Positions 26,201 through 38,830 of a DNA stretch of 64,000 nucleotides are shown piece after piece. The stretch comes from Rhina ancylostomus (taxonomy: Eukaryota). Made by a program: the position numbers and the translations under genes. How positions within the stretch are numbered: the stretch's first letter is position 1; each line of letters begins with the position of its first letter. The stretch is taken from the NCBI GenBank assembly GCA_030265395.1, contig JARFYF010000050.1, forward strand, positions 17,667,051-17,731,050, given 5' to 3'. A model generated the notes under the pieces. The model had not been told where the DNA came from. It saw nothing but the letters and a program-made list of their open reading frames with translations, and searched no databases.

Positions 26201-26728
26201 CCAGTTATCTCCATGTAAATGTATATTTTAAAGAAGGTGAAAAACTGGGCAGCATTACACTCTTATATGTAACATTAAGAATGAGCAAATATGAATTTCA
26301 AACAAAGCAACTTGAGTTTTCCTGATAAACTAAAAGAGGACAGCAGTTCCAGTGGATTGTTGGAGAGATGCATACAACCATTGAATAAAATGGGAAAGAA
26401 GCAAATTTGTTGTTATTGGCTTTGTTATCTTAAGGTTGTCTTTGTTCAAATTATTCCCTCAGAAATATTGTAAAAATTGCTTGTATAAAATGCTAATGAG
26501 CACTTTCACCTGTCCTCCATCAACTGAGTGAATGCAAGTTACATGTGAGAACTGTTGAGCTCAGAGATGCAGTGAGAATTTGTTGCAATCCTCCAGCATT
26601 TATATTGGAGAATCTGCCTACTAAGCCTGCAGCAGATAAGAACTGGTCCAGGAACAATGAGCCCCATTATTTCATTGGAGAGGAATATCTGTGAAGATGG
26701 GTGAAAATGAACCTATTTAATTTTCTTA

Positions 26729-27285
26729 CCGTCATAGAGTTATACAGCACGGAAACAGGTCCTTCAGCCCAACTGGTCTATGCTGACCAAGATATCTATC
26801 TGAGCTTGTCCCATTTGCCTGCATTTGGCCCACACCCCTCTAAGCCTTTTCTACCCATGTACCTATCTAAATGTTTTTTTAAACATTGTAATTGTACCTG
26901 CCTCTACAGCTTCCACTGACTGCTCATTTCACATACCCACCACCCTCTGTGTGAAAAGTTCTCCCTCAGGTCTCTTTTACATCTTTCCCCTCTCACCTTA
27001 AACCTATGCCCTCTAGTTTTAGACTTCCCCATCCTCGGAAAAAGAGTATGGCTATTCACCTCATCTATGCCCGTCATGATTNNNNNNNNNNACCATCAGG
27101 TCATCCGTTAGCCTCCTAAGCTTGAGGGAAAAGTCCCAGCCATCAAGCCTTTCCTAAGGACTCCAGCCCTCCAGTCCTGGTAACATCCTCTTTTCTGCAC
27201 CCTTTCTAATTTAGTGACATCCTTCCTATAGCTGGATGAACAGAACTACATGCAATACTCCAAGTGTGGTCTTACCAACTTATGA
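26729..27285 (-). mobile_element. CR1 3' fragment
   Basis: Tail gtcatagagttatacagcacggaaacaggtccttcagccc, and the body is colinear with the copies at 2966 and 52372. Confidence 0.9.
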
Positions 27286-30200
27286 TATAAGAAACATATA
27301 AATTAGGTATTTTTAATTAATTGAGTTTAGTTACTGTTTCCAAGAGTTTTAAATATTTTTCTTTTTAAATCTTCAATAATTTTAAAATATTTTAATTTAA
27401 TCATTCTGTTTGAATAGATCTTGAATCTCAGAAACATTCAGAAATATTCAATATCTTTGACAGGTCTGACAGCTTGAGGATATTTTTTAGTCAGCTGCCG
27501 AAGTCTTTTTTAGCTGTTTGTGGGCGGAGCTAGTCTGTCCATGTGTTATATTGCAGACACTGATGCTCACTAATTAGGATTGGAACACCTTTAGTCTGTG
27601 AGTTGATGTAAACAGATTCAGAAAAGGTACATATGTATTTATCTCACAGGTCAGTGGAGTCATTGCCTACCTTGACAAAAACTCCCTGTAAAGATCCAGT
27701 GATCTTTGAAGTGAAAGCCTGCCCCAAGCAGACGCCTGGTGCTCACATAAATCAATTAAAAAATATTTCGGGTATAAAGCAGCTGGGACATCATCAAACT
27801 TGCCAATCAGCCAATCGCATTAAAGAATATTCCTAGACAGCACACCCAGAGGCAATTTTAATTAAGTTTTGTCAATATTATATGGTGCTAGGTAAAGATT
27901 GGAATACCCACATGATTGAAGTAGAAGCCATCAAAAAAGTTTAATTTTAAAGTCTCTTATATTTGAAATATTCAAGTAAGGAAATTACCCATAAAATTAG
28001 TTGATAAGGTCAGTTAGGATGCTGAGCAATATTCCAATGAAAAGTGCATTTGGACCTCATGTAATGAGATTCCCAGGGAACTTTATGGATGGACGAGTTC
28101 ATAAACTCATGGTATTTCTGATGGCCTCCCATGATTGTGGAAAAGCCTCTTGTAAACAACACACACCCATGGAAATGTGCTGAGTCAGTTTGGGATTTCA
28201 GCTTTGTATAACTTTGTCAAACTCCGATACTCAAAAATCCTGAAGTTCCTGAAAATTCACCAACAGTGACAACCCTTGGCAATTGTTTTTATGATATGTT
28301 CACGCACACTGAGGTTGTTGAATAAATGCAGCATGTTTCTTTATTTTACAAGTTAATGCTAAAGTCATAAGTGAATTCTAGAAGTATTTGTATGTGGCGC
28401 TTACTACATGCTCACACCTCTGCACTCACAACGTTTCTTTCTCTCTCCATGTCCTTGGGTTCATGTGAGCACAGAATCACTGAATTCTTTTCAATTATCT
28501 GCTTCCTGATGTTCCCCAAAGAAAACTGTGGACTGCAGTTGCCAAACCATCTGCTCCTTCATGTGTGACAGACTCCATTTGAAGCACTATGGTTGATTTT
28601 TCCATATGCTCTAAGTCCTGTGCCATTGTGATTTGGAAAGCTGCCTTAATTGTCAAATGAACATTCACCAAGCCATCCTTCCACCTGGCTGCTACCTCAG
28701 GATGCAGTGCTGCCTCTTCCTGTTCAGAGCTAGCACACTGTCCACCAAACACCTGGTTATACCACGACCCTCACATCTTAAAGGAAACCATTATGTATTT
28801 TGTTCATACCAAGTATCAGTCTGGTGAACTTTTAATCTCATCAGCATTTTCCTGCAAATGAAGATGAATTGAACACTTCTTTGTGCCTTTTATCTGAGCA
28901 GTATGACTTTAACAGCATTTCATTGTAATCTAATAATTCCAAAGGCAACTTAATTTTGATATGTTCTTGTATGTCCTTTCCTGTGCACATCTTCATACTC
29001 CTGTGGACTTGTGAACTCAGCTGTCCCTTTCTGTTAATCTTCTGCATGTTGTGGAGGCCAACACTTGCCCTTGTAAGAAACTAATAATTATGGACCTACA
29101 TTAGAAATTAATTGCTTGCTGGGTAAATTCAGTTCAGCCACATTACTGCTAACCTTCACTGATATACTATCATTCTATGTATATGCAATGAACAATGAAC
29201 ATGACTATAGTCTTCACTTGCTCCATGATTTATTACTTGGATTTATATAAGACTAGCTCAGGGACAGGGGCCAAAGGTCACCTGTGTAAGAGATTTTCTA
29301 TGATTTAATGAATACTTGACTTTAAATTTAAATATTGCTGGATGTCTTGCTTTAATTTCCATGTGTACTTCTTTACTGTGAATGTGTACATCTGTAGCTC
29401 CTCGGTCTGTGAACACTCATTTTTAATATTCAGTGACTCTGAAGAATTATAACTCTTTCTGTATTGTGTTCCAGGCACTTATTGTAGTATTGTCCATTAT
29501 CATTGCCCATATGGCAGTGTATCTCCCTCCTCTAACCCTTTGCAGCTCGTAAATCTTCAAAATTTCCATCAGCAAAATGCATCTTCTGCCTGCAGTGTTA
29601 TTATTTTGTTCAAGATTTCCTTCACTCACACCAGTATAGCCCTTTTAAAGGTTTCCACAATATTTATACTGGTTAAGCCACTTGTTTGCTGAAATGATGG
29701 AAGGATTTTTATTGCATCTGCAGTCTAATTGGATACTTAGAGCTGGATTCACAACAGATTCAAAGTGTTTGTATCTAACATAAGGCAACTCAGACTGATA
29801 AGATGTGCTTGAAATATCTGTAAATCTAATTAGTACAAACTGGAAGAAAGTGTCTTCTGGTATTAGCAAGGGACAGATCTATGATAAAAAAACAATTATT
29901 TGCACATTGCAAAGAGGTTCACCTCACTGCCCCATTTTTAGTATAATTAATTATTGTTGAAATTAGAAAGAATTCAATTTGTAAGATCTGCTGAAACATC
30001 TTATGTAATAGTAAAAGCTGTCCTTAACAAATCCTGAAGTGGAAGCTATTGGAGATTATTTTAAAGCAGCTCCATGAAAAGCTTTGTTTTCCACCTGCAC
30101 TCTCATTTATTTTTGTCTGGTATGTTCAATTTCCTGTCATTTCTATTCCTTTACCATTCTATTTTGTTCACTTTTCAGGACATTTAATTCTAATATGCAA

Positions 30201-31631
30201 GTCTTTTGGAGAACTTAATTTAAGCATGATTGATGCTGTCAATTGCAAAGATGCAAAAGGTGTTGTGAATTTCCTGCTCCCTCTTTGTCTGGGAAGGAAG
30301 GAAACTCTTGTTGAACCTAAGAGCAATGGCAGATTTGTGTTTCAAGACCAATGTGTTAACCTTTGTTCTTTGATAGTTGACACCAAAGGTGAGCACTGCA
30401 CTTTCCTTGTAAGAACGTAGTAACTAATTTATTCCAACCTGTACTACCAGCTAATGTCCCGGGTAAGATCACTAATTTAGCACAGACGAAGAATCAAACT
30501 TTTCACCAGCTGTTTTTGTGTGGCTTAATACCATATCACATGATGAATTCACCCTAAATCTCCAAAAGAAATTGTGGATTTTGTATCCTGCTTCAAATAA
30601 AGCTAAAGTAGAACTTGAACCCAATCGCAGCCTTGTATCACTAGAGAATACCTCTGCAAATTATCCATGAACTAAAATCACCAGTAATGTATCATCTGTA
30701 TTTAGTTTAAACCTTTAGTGACTAAACTCCCTGTCCACTTGGCTATTAACGACTTATGTGACATAACTTCACCTCCCTGATGTATTGTGCTTCGTTCATA
30801 GCACAGAGCTTCCAGAAATCCCCATCTATCAGCTTGATGGCCCATATCAGGATATGTAATTATGTTTTCTGGTGATCAATATGATAAAAAATCATTGTTA
30901 CATTTTCAGAGTTATTTTATTTTTATTATTTCTCCACTCTTTTTGTCCTCTATGCTTCAGGCTACTTTATTCAGTGAACCCAAGCCCTCACCTGTCTTGC
31001 CAACCTGAGAAAAGTTCATAATATGATGAGCTAATGATCAATATGCCTTTGTCAGTGTTGTGTTGGTAGCTCGTTCTGCCATGTTCTTTTGGAGTCCTTC
31101 CTTGATTAATTCCCTTTGAAAACTCCAGATAGGCTTGATTCGATAGCTTCCGACCAGCAGTCTCCAACAACTGCCTAGTCATTACATGATGCGCTTCCAG
31201 TCAAACAGACAAAATNNNNNNNNNNTTTTAATTATTTCAACAGAAGGTAATGGAACATTTTCAATGAATGAAGCTGGTTTTGCAATTGAATTATAGAGAA
31301 TACCATGCTAATTCTCAGGAAGAAACTACAATGAGAAATTTTAACAGGAAAAATATCTGATTTGTTTATGAATAAGTTATATTCTCAATTAATTATATTT
31401 GCTGAAAATATGACAAAAGTCAACTGGCATTCATTTGGTCTCATTTGGTGTAGGTTCATTTGAATATGGGTTGTAAAGTTTTTACAGTTGAGGAAACTAT
31501 GACTTTCCACACATTGCCAACTGCACAGTTCATCAACACTTACATCTGAAGATTTGTATTTGGGACTTTTTCTGATCACAGTTCATTGCTGTTTACCAGA
31601 AAAGAAAGTCAACTCCCACAAGAACTATGGA

Positions 31632-31843
31632 ACAAGAACAAAAAACAAACTGCTGAAGGAAGCTAGTGGGTCAAGCAGCATCTGTGGAGGGGAAAAGAAT
31701 TGTCAATGTTTTGGGTCAAGACCTGCATCAGTACGCCACCCAGAATTCCTTTTCCCCCACAGATGCTGCTCAACCTACTGAGTTCCTCCAGCAGTTTGCT
31801 TGTTTTGCTCCAAATTCCAGGATTTGCATTCTCTGTGTCTCCA
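31632..31843. mobile_element. Palindromic Penelope-pLTR mini-element A
   Basis: Left arm caaactgctgaaggaagctagtgggtcaagcagcatctgtggaggggaaaagaatt is an imperfect inverse of aattccttttcccccacagatgctgctcaacctactgagttcctccagcagtttg. It is related to the pLTR at 21620-21720. Confidence 0.8.
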
Positions 31844-31881
31844 GCTTAGGAGCAGCACTAGGCCACCTCACCCTTCAAGCC

Positions 31882-32141
31882 AAAGTCAAAGTCAAGTTTA
31901 TTGCCTTATGTATAAGTACATGTATGCACAGGTGAAGTGAAAAAGTTGCTTGGAGCAGCATCACAGGCACTTAGCATTAGAAACAAAATGTTCACAAGAA
32001 AAACATAAATTATACAAAATTAGACAANNNNNNNNNNNNNNNNNNNNNNNNNNNNNNNNNNNNNNNNNNNNNNNNNNNNNNNNNNNNNNNNNNNNNNNNN
32101 NNNNNNNNNNNNNNNNNNNNNNNNNNNTATACAAAATTAGA
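31882..32141 (-). mobile_element. LINE 3' tail fragment (Rex1-like), nested
   Basis: (aaagtc)n tail, tttatt, gtacatgt..gtgaaaaagttg, flanked by the duplication caagcca. Confidence 0.55.
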
Positions 32142-32567
32142 CAAGCCAGCCCCACCATTCAATATGATCGTGGGTCTACCCCAGGCCTCAACCTCTCCTT
32201 TGTGCCAGATCCCCAGAGTCTTCATTTCCCCAATCGTTTAAACATTTATCTTCTTCCACTTTAAACACTTATAATGAGCAAGCTTCCACAATTATCTGAG
32301 GTAGAGAATTCCACAGATTCACTACTCTCTGCATGCAGAAATTTCTGCATACCTCAGATTTAAATAACCAGCCCAAAATGATGCCTCCTGAATTCCCTGA
32401 ACATTTGATACTACCTTCCCATGCACTAGAGCCCTGGTTCCTGTACCCTCTGTCCATTCACTCGGGAGGGAAGCAGTGGGTCCCAACTCCCACACTCCTT
32501 GCCCACCAAACACAACCTGGTTCCCATGCTCCCTTTAAACTTTTTGGTTCAGTGGAAGATGTATTAA

Positions 32568-32732
32568 AATGAAACAGGCCCTTCATCGCAACTCATCCCT
32601 GCCGACTAAGATGCCCATCTAAGCTAATCCCATTTGCCTGCATTTGGCCCATTTCTCCCTAAACCTTTCCTGTCCATTTACTTGTCCAAATGTCTTTTAA
32701 ATGTTGTTATTGTACCTCAACCAATTCCTCTG
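32568..32732 (-). mobile_element. CR1 3' tail running into gap
   Basis: gaaacaggcccttc..cccatttgcctgcatttggccc..aaatgtcttttaaatgttg, as in the other CR1 tails. Confidence 0.85.
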
Positions 32733-33254
32733 NNNNNNNNNNNNNNNNNNNNNNNNNNNNNNNNNNNNNNNNNNNNNNNNNNNNNNNNNNNNNNNNNNNN
32801 NNNNNNNNNNNNNNNNNNNNNNNNNNNNNNNNNNNNNNNNNNNNNNNNNNNNNNNNNNNNNNNNNNNNNNNNNNNNNNNNNNNNNNNNNNNNNNNNNNNN
32901 NNNNNNNNNNNNNNNNNNNNNNNNNNNNNNNNNNNNNNNNNNNNNNNNNNNNNNNNNNNNNNNNNNNNNNNNNNNNNNNNNNNNNNNNNNNNNNNNNNNN
33001 NNNNNNNNNNNNNNNNNNNNNNNNNNNNNNNNNNNNNNNNNNNNNNNNNNNNNNNNNNNNNNNNNNNNNNNNNNNNNNNNNNNNNNNNNNNNNNNNNNNN
33101 NNNNNNNNNNNNNNNNNNNNNNNNNNNNNNNNNNNNNNNNNNNNNNNNNNNNNNNNNNNNNNNNNNNNNNNNNNNNNNNNNNNNNNNNNNNNNNNNNNTG
33201 AATATTAATTTCTCAAGTATCAAAAGAATAAAACAACTATAACTAAGAGAGAAT

Positions 33255-33470
33255 GAACTTGTATTTGCATGATGCTTTTCACGACCTCAAGTCATCCTTA
33301 AGCAATTCATCATCTAATAAAGCACTTTATGAACCACAGTCACTGAAATATATGGAAATATAGCAGCCAATTTGCACAGAGCAAGATCAAACAAACAGCA
33401 ATGAATTAAGAAACCTGACAGTGCTTGAGTTATGTCAGTGATGGATAAATGCTGGCAAGGGTACAAAGAT
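33255..33470 (-). mobile_element. Deu-domain SINE (SacSINE1/AmnSINE1-like) 3' part
   Basis: aacttgtatttg..cttttcacgacctcaag..gcagccaatttgcacagagcaag matches the reverse complement of the Deu-SINE 3' region and is colinear with 45344-45760. Confidence 0.65.
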
Positions 33471-35720
33471 AAAATGACATTTCAATAAATAAACCTTTGA
33501 ATGTTAGCCAGTCTTTTCTGAGCTCTCTTTGAGGTTAACCAATTGCATTACTTTGACTTCAATTGGCTGGCTGTTCAACGCTCCCAACAGATTTACTGAA
33601 CCTGAAACCTCCACAATAACACATTGGTTTGGTATTGCTGAAAAAGTATGGTTTGGTAATTGTGAATTATTGTGCAAATTAGCCTGCAGGTTCAAGACAT
33701 TAGGGATGTGTTGTGAAGTACAAATACCTAAAGATTTTATGTCNNNNNNNNNNNNNNNNNNNNNNNNNTCTTGCAGCCACAACTTCCCGTTAGCCTCCCT
33801 GTTTTTAATTCTAAGATATGCTTGGACATTAATTGACCATTAAACTTCCCATTGAAAGTTAAGTTTGGAATTAACTTCCAGCAATAAAATTATGAACTGA
33901 AGGGTCTAGAAAAAATCCAGCTAATTCTATTTGCTAGAGATGCCCAGCTCCACCAATACATTTTTGGGAACCAATAGTGTCTTGGGAAAAATAGAGATGT
34001 CAGGTGAGAAATTCTATGAATTTGAGCACAACAAACCAGGCATTACACACCCTAGTCCTCCTTTTCTGAGGCTGGGCCCAGAAAGGACTGAAGATTGGAG
34101 CCTAGCAGTGGTGGGGTGGGGTTGTTGGTGGAATGTAAGGGACCATTTGTGCTGATGGTTTCAGTTTGAAAGCTTTGGAAGTAAAAGCTACAGGCAAAAC
34201 TGTGAGTTCAGGCAATTAGGAGGACCAGGAGACTGTTGGGTAAATCTGGGGACTAGGAGGACACAGGAAACAGTTGGGAAATCCAGAAATAAGAAACGAA
34301 TTGGGAGACATTTGGGAAATGTGGTGATTAAGACGACAGGGAGATTGTTGGGGAATCCAGAGATTAGGAGGAGTGGGAGTGCAGATTCATGGGAGCTATG
34401 TGGTGGGGGGTTGGGGGTGAGAGGAGGACCCAAGGATATAGGTCTCCCAGTTCAGTACTCTGGTGTGAACACCACATTCTTCTGAGGATGTCCAACAATG
34501 ACCCCATCCCAGCCTGGTTCCAGCTAGCCTGCAGTACTCCAAAAGAACTATCGCTGTGTGCATCCCTGACATGGAAATCTCACTGAGGGTGTCAGGAAGA
34601 TTGAGATCCAGAATTGCCAGGTTGAATTTGCTGAGTGATGTAAATCCACCCGGAAATGATCATTATCATGTCTCACCCTGGAAGAAAATCAATGTTCAAT
34701 TGTTCAACAATGACATGTACAATTGCGTTTCTTTGCAATGGGGGTTTTAAACAAAATATTAATTAGGTGCCCTATTTAGCTGCATAACAAATAGTGTAAT
34801 CACCAAAAGTTCTAAGATAAACATTGTGAAATACCACTCAGTGAGTTGACTACACTGCAAGGGAAACCAATGATCTGAAGAGAACAATGTTTTATCTCTT
34901 TATTCAGTCACCGTTTTATTTCCTTTGATGAGCTTGGGTGAATATTGATTAGATTCTGGTTTTGTAATGATTAAGGTCATACCTATTTCATCAACTTTTG
35001 CATCAATTGTACAGGGCATTATATTGAAATACAGTTTGACTGATGTTAGATTCAAGCATATGTCCTCCATTAACTTACAAAATATTCCAGTTACATGTAT
35101 TCACCGTGATTTAGTTATTAAAAAAGGGCTTTGGTTACAGTTGTTCAGCCCATCACTCTGTATGGGGAGGTTGAGGTGATATAAAAATGCGGTTACAATT
35201 ATGCACCAAATGGGAGTACCATACCACCCTGCATAGTTTACAGCATTAGTTTCTCACGTGGTGAATTCCTGATTTTGTTCCCAGAGGGGAAAAGTGTATT
35301 TTTACCAACACAGCTGCTGACAGAACAGAAAAAAATAAATATGTTTCTGTGAGACGCAACTTTAAAGTTGGAACAAATAATGTTTAATCTAAAAATCGCA
35401 GCAGATTTGAATAAATCTTGTCACTTATATTAAATACTCAGTTCAATGTGAAAGGCTCTTAACAGTCATCATATCGGCCATCCAAATGTGATTCTCATTG
35501 TTGAAGCCCGATTGGTGCAACCAGCGTAGATATTCAGATTGGATTGAATCCAATTAAACATGCAAGTATGGTAGGGACTGTATATAGTTGACCGCCTCTG
35601 AAATCCAGTTCCATTGCGGTNNNNNNNNNNNNNNNNNNNNNNNNNNNNNNNNNNNNNNNNNNNNNNNNNNNNNNNNNNNNNNNNNNNNNNNNNNNNNNNN
35701 NNNNNNNNNNNNNNNNNNNN

Positions 35721-35777
35721 AGACAAGTTTTTCACTGTACCTCAGTACAAGTGACAATAATAAACCAATACCAATAT
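35721..35777 (+). mobile_element. Rex1/Babar-like 3' tail after gap
   Basis: agacaagtttttcactgtacctcagtacaagtgacaataataaaccaatacc matches 49152-49200. Confidence 0.7.
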
Positions 35778-36799
35778 CATATTGGTACTGGTGTTCTAAG
35801 AGACACAGTAAAGCCTAGCTTGGATTTCTGATATGTTTCTGATTTTCCTTCCTTCCTGAAAAGTATATGTCTAAATCCGAATTGTGGTATTCCCTAATAC
35901 TGCCATTGGGAAACAATTCAAAACACCAACATGCTACGTCAGAGTTATTTCCCTGTAGAACTGCTAACCCACCCAGTAAAAAAAGCAGCATTTTTTATGT
36001 TGTTCCCTGTTCTTTTCTCTTAACTCTCTCCCTCTCTTTCTATCTATCTCTCTAGTTCTGAGGTTGCAGCCTACGTCTTCTTTTCTCCCTAATGATGCAA
36101 TAAAACTTAAGTTGAGAACTTAATACGCTGGCCCATTGTTATGGTGTCTTGACCTTTTTTTAAATCTTATTTGGACAATCTTGCCTGTAATTTTACATTT
36201 TTGGTGGTTTAATTAACATCTCAAATATATGTATAAAAGTATATCTGGTTTAACAAAAAGCTGTTTTGAGTGGATGTTAATTTTATGTTCATATTCTTTA
36301 CTATTCTAATTGGGTCTGTCAGTATCCAACACGTTTGCTTCTTGTTTAGTTCTACCCATGCTCTCTGTTCGACTAATGATGTCAAGGTTCTTTGATGGTC
36401 TGAGCTGAGGGCACATACACTGCTTATCATGATTTTCTTGCCAAGAAAAGTGCTTGCATTTTNNNNNNNNNNNNNNNNNNNNNNNNNNNNNNNNNNNNNN
36501 NNNNNNNNNNNNNNNNNNACTGGTAACGAACAGATTCCGTTTTTACAGACATCCATCAGTCGTAAAATATGCAAAGATCACGGGACATGGTACACACCTC
36601 CACAGTATTGTAGTGAATGGCATCAAAGGCACGTGAGACTGATAAGAAAGAACAATTACTAAAAATGGAGAGGGGGGGGGAACTAGTGCTGCCGTTTGTA
36701 GGAACAAACGTACAGTATGTACATCAGACTTTTGAATTTAATATTATGGGAGCTTGTTGGTATGTAGAGGGTGTCCATAAGTCAGGTGTTCATAATGTA

Positions 36800-37023
36800 C
36801 ATAGAACATAATGTACAGCACAGGAACAGGCTCTTTGGCCCACGATGTTGTGTTAAACTGATTAGACTAGCAATTAAATGCCCAACCAAACTCATCCCTT
36901 CTGCCTACTCAATGTCCCTATCCCTCCATTCTCTGCACATTCACATGCCTATCTAGGAGTCTCTTAAACACCTCTGTCATATCTGCCCCCACCACCACCC
37001 CTGGCAGCGCATTCCAGGCACCC
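36800..37023 (-). mobile_element. CR1 3' tail fragment
   Basis: catagaacataatgtacagcacaggaacaggctctttggccc..cctggcagcgcattccaggcaccc (the reverse strand encodes GAWNALP). Confidence 0.85.
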
Positions 37024-37056
37024 AGATATTTATTTATTAGTCACATGGACATCGAA

Positions 37057-37345
37057 GTGTAGTGGTTAGCGTGACGCTCTCACAGCGCCAGCGACCCGGG
37101 TTCAATTCCCGCCGCTGTCTGTAAGGAGTTTGTACATTCTCCCCGTGACTGTGTGGGTTTCCTCCGGGTGCTCCGGTTTCCTCCCACATTCCAAAGAAGT
37201 ACCAGTTAGAAAATTGTGGGCATGCTGTGTTGGCGCTGGAAGCATGGTGACACTTGCGGGCTGCCCCTAGAACACTCTACGCAAAAGATGCACTTCACTC
37301 TGTGTTTCGATGTACATGTGACTAATAGATATCTTTTCTGATCTT
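37057..37345 (+). mobile_element. tRNA-derived V-SINE with Rex1-type tail
   Basis: gtgtagtggttagc (A box), ggttcaattcc (B box), V-domain, and tail ttcactctgtgtttcgatgtacatgtgactaata. Confidence 0.88.
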
Positions 37346-38169
37346 ATAATTCCTAATTCCATATTAACATCATTAAATAAAAACCATGAAATGCATAATT
37401 TTAGTTCATCTCAGTCAATTCAGCCATCATTGAGGAGAGTTGGTACACTTAAGTTTCATTTGCATTATATTTTGACCTCTTGATCTACATCGCACAACTG
37501 GTGTTTCACCAGCTGCAAATTCCTGTTTATATCAGTGCATAGAATTATTTTCTCAGAGTTATAGTATAACATTTTTTGGCAGAATAGGTATCCGGGGAAC
37601 AAGTTCAGAAATTCTGTACCATTTGTCTTCCTGCAACTTTTTTTTATAGGAGAGTTAGTCTGTGCAACAAGGTAAGCAGATCCACCACTCAGGAAGCTTA
37701 TGCTGAAAACCGAGTGAAGATTGATTTCTCCTAAATGTGTATTGGCAGCAGTAATGCTTCACTCCTGGTGAAATACTTAAATGGATTTCATCATGTTAAG
37801 CAGATCCTTCTGCATAGAGTTTTGACCTTCACATATGCATAACAATTTCTCTCAACCACATTGATCTTTACAAAATATCTATATTCTCTGTTGAACAAAC
37901 TTACCGAGATTCAAGAGCACCAACAAACAGGACTCTATTTCAGTGACTCCTCTAGAATAACTCTGGAAACTTTAACAAACATTATTGCAATNNNNNNNNN
38001 NNNNNNNNNNNNNNNNNNNNNNNNNNNNNNNNNNNNNNNNNNNNNNNNNNNNNNNNNNNNNNNNNNNNNNNNNNNNNNNNNNNNNNNNNNNCAATCCAGT
38101 TCGGTCAACCACCTGACCCTCTATTTAAAGAGTTTGCAGCTTTAAAGTAAAAGATACCCTTTTACAACT

Positions 38170-38325
38170 AATAAGAACGTAGAGCATTAGAAATATAAGC
38201 TGAGGAAGGCCATTCAGCTCTTTGTACCTGACCCACATTCAATAAATCGTGGCTGATCTTCTACCTTGGTCCTACTTGCCTGCATTAATCCCATCTCCCT
38301 TGAATTCCTCAATATCCAGAGAATT
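38170..38325 (-). mobile_element. CR1 3' tail fragment
   Basis: ataagaacgtagagcattagaaatataagctgaggaaggccattcagctc..accccacattcaataaatcgtggctgatc, the same tail type as 31618-32450. Confidence 0.65.
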
Positions 38326-38549
38326 ATCAAGACTACATAATTCACTGCTTCACTTCAATATTAAAGGGAAGAATGGCTACACATTTTTTATTGGTACATT
38401 CAGAGATTTGCAGGTTAGTTGTAAAGCTCTCCAGGTTTCTCTCAGCAGCGCTGGTGTGACTGATCTCTTTCCAGTGTCCACTAAAGATGTGAATTGACCA
38501 TCAACTTCATGGTTCAATATGATCTTCCTCATATTCCACTATGACATTC

Positions 38550-38830
38550 TTTTGTGATCAACTTGAACCTTTCTGTTGACATTAGCATTGGCCCTGTACA
38601 CCTCAATGACTTCTCCTGGATTCCACCTGATGCCTGTGCCTGGTCAGCAGTAAGTACTTGAACCTTGGCATCCATTCATTCTGTCTTGCTTTTTTTCTTG
38701 GCTAGAAATATCTTCTTTGGCTCTACTTTCTCTCCTCTGGTCTCCCCTCTGTGTTTGGCTCATCACACTTTAACTTGCTTTGATGGTTGATTAGCAACTT
38801 GGCCAGGGGGGTAGCCACTGATGAATGGGG
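38550..38830 (-). mobile_element. Possible HARBI1-type (Harbinger) transposase remnant
   Basis: Short minus-strand motifs occur in HARBI1 order: FISG, SRAKEDI, gtcattgaggtgtaca (about VIDCT), VNRK, VQVDHKR. Very decayed. Confidence 0.35.

Larger units (their letters stand above)
31618..32450 (-). mobile_element. CR1 3' fragment split by two nested inserts
   Basis: Tail pieces agaactatggaac | ttaggagcagcactaggcc..caagcc | agccccaccattcaatatgatc. ORF 32269-32457 reads RNFCMQRVVNLWNSLPQ. Confidence 0.7.

Noticed and set aside
28350-28780. GC-balanced block with an 85-aa minus ORF, possibly a Myb-protein C-terminal remnant
   Set aside because: No diagnostic motif.
32011-32144. 17-bp direct repeat tatacaaaattagacaa on both sides of an N run
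   Set aside because: It flanks a 100-N placeholder gap. This is most likely an unmerged contig overlap, not a biological duplication.
32634-33242. Long ORFs of 165-276 aa here, at 43403-44049 and at 20258-21053
   Set aside because: Their length comes from translating Ns.
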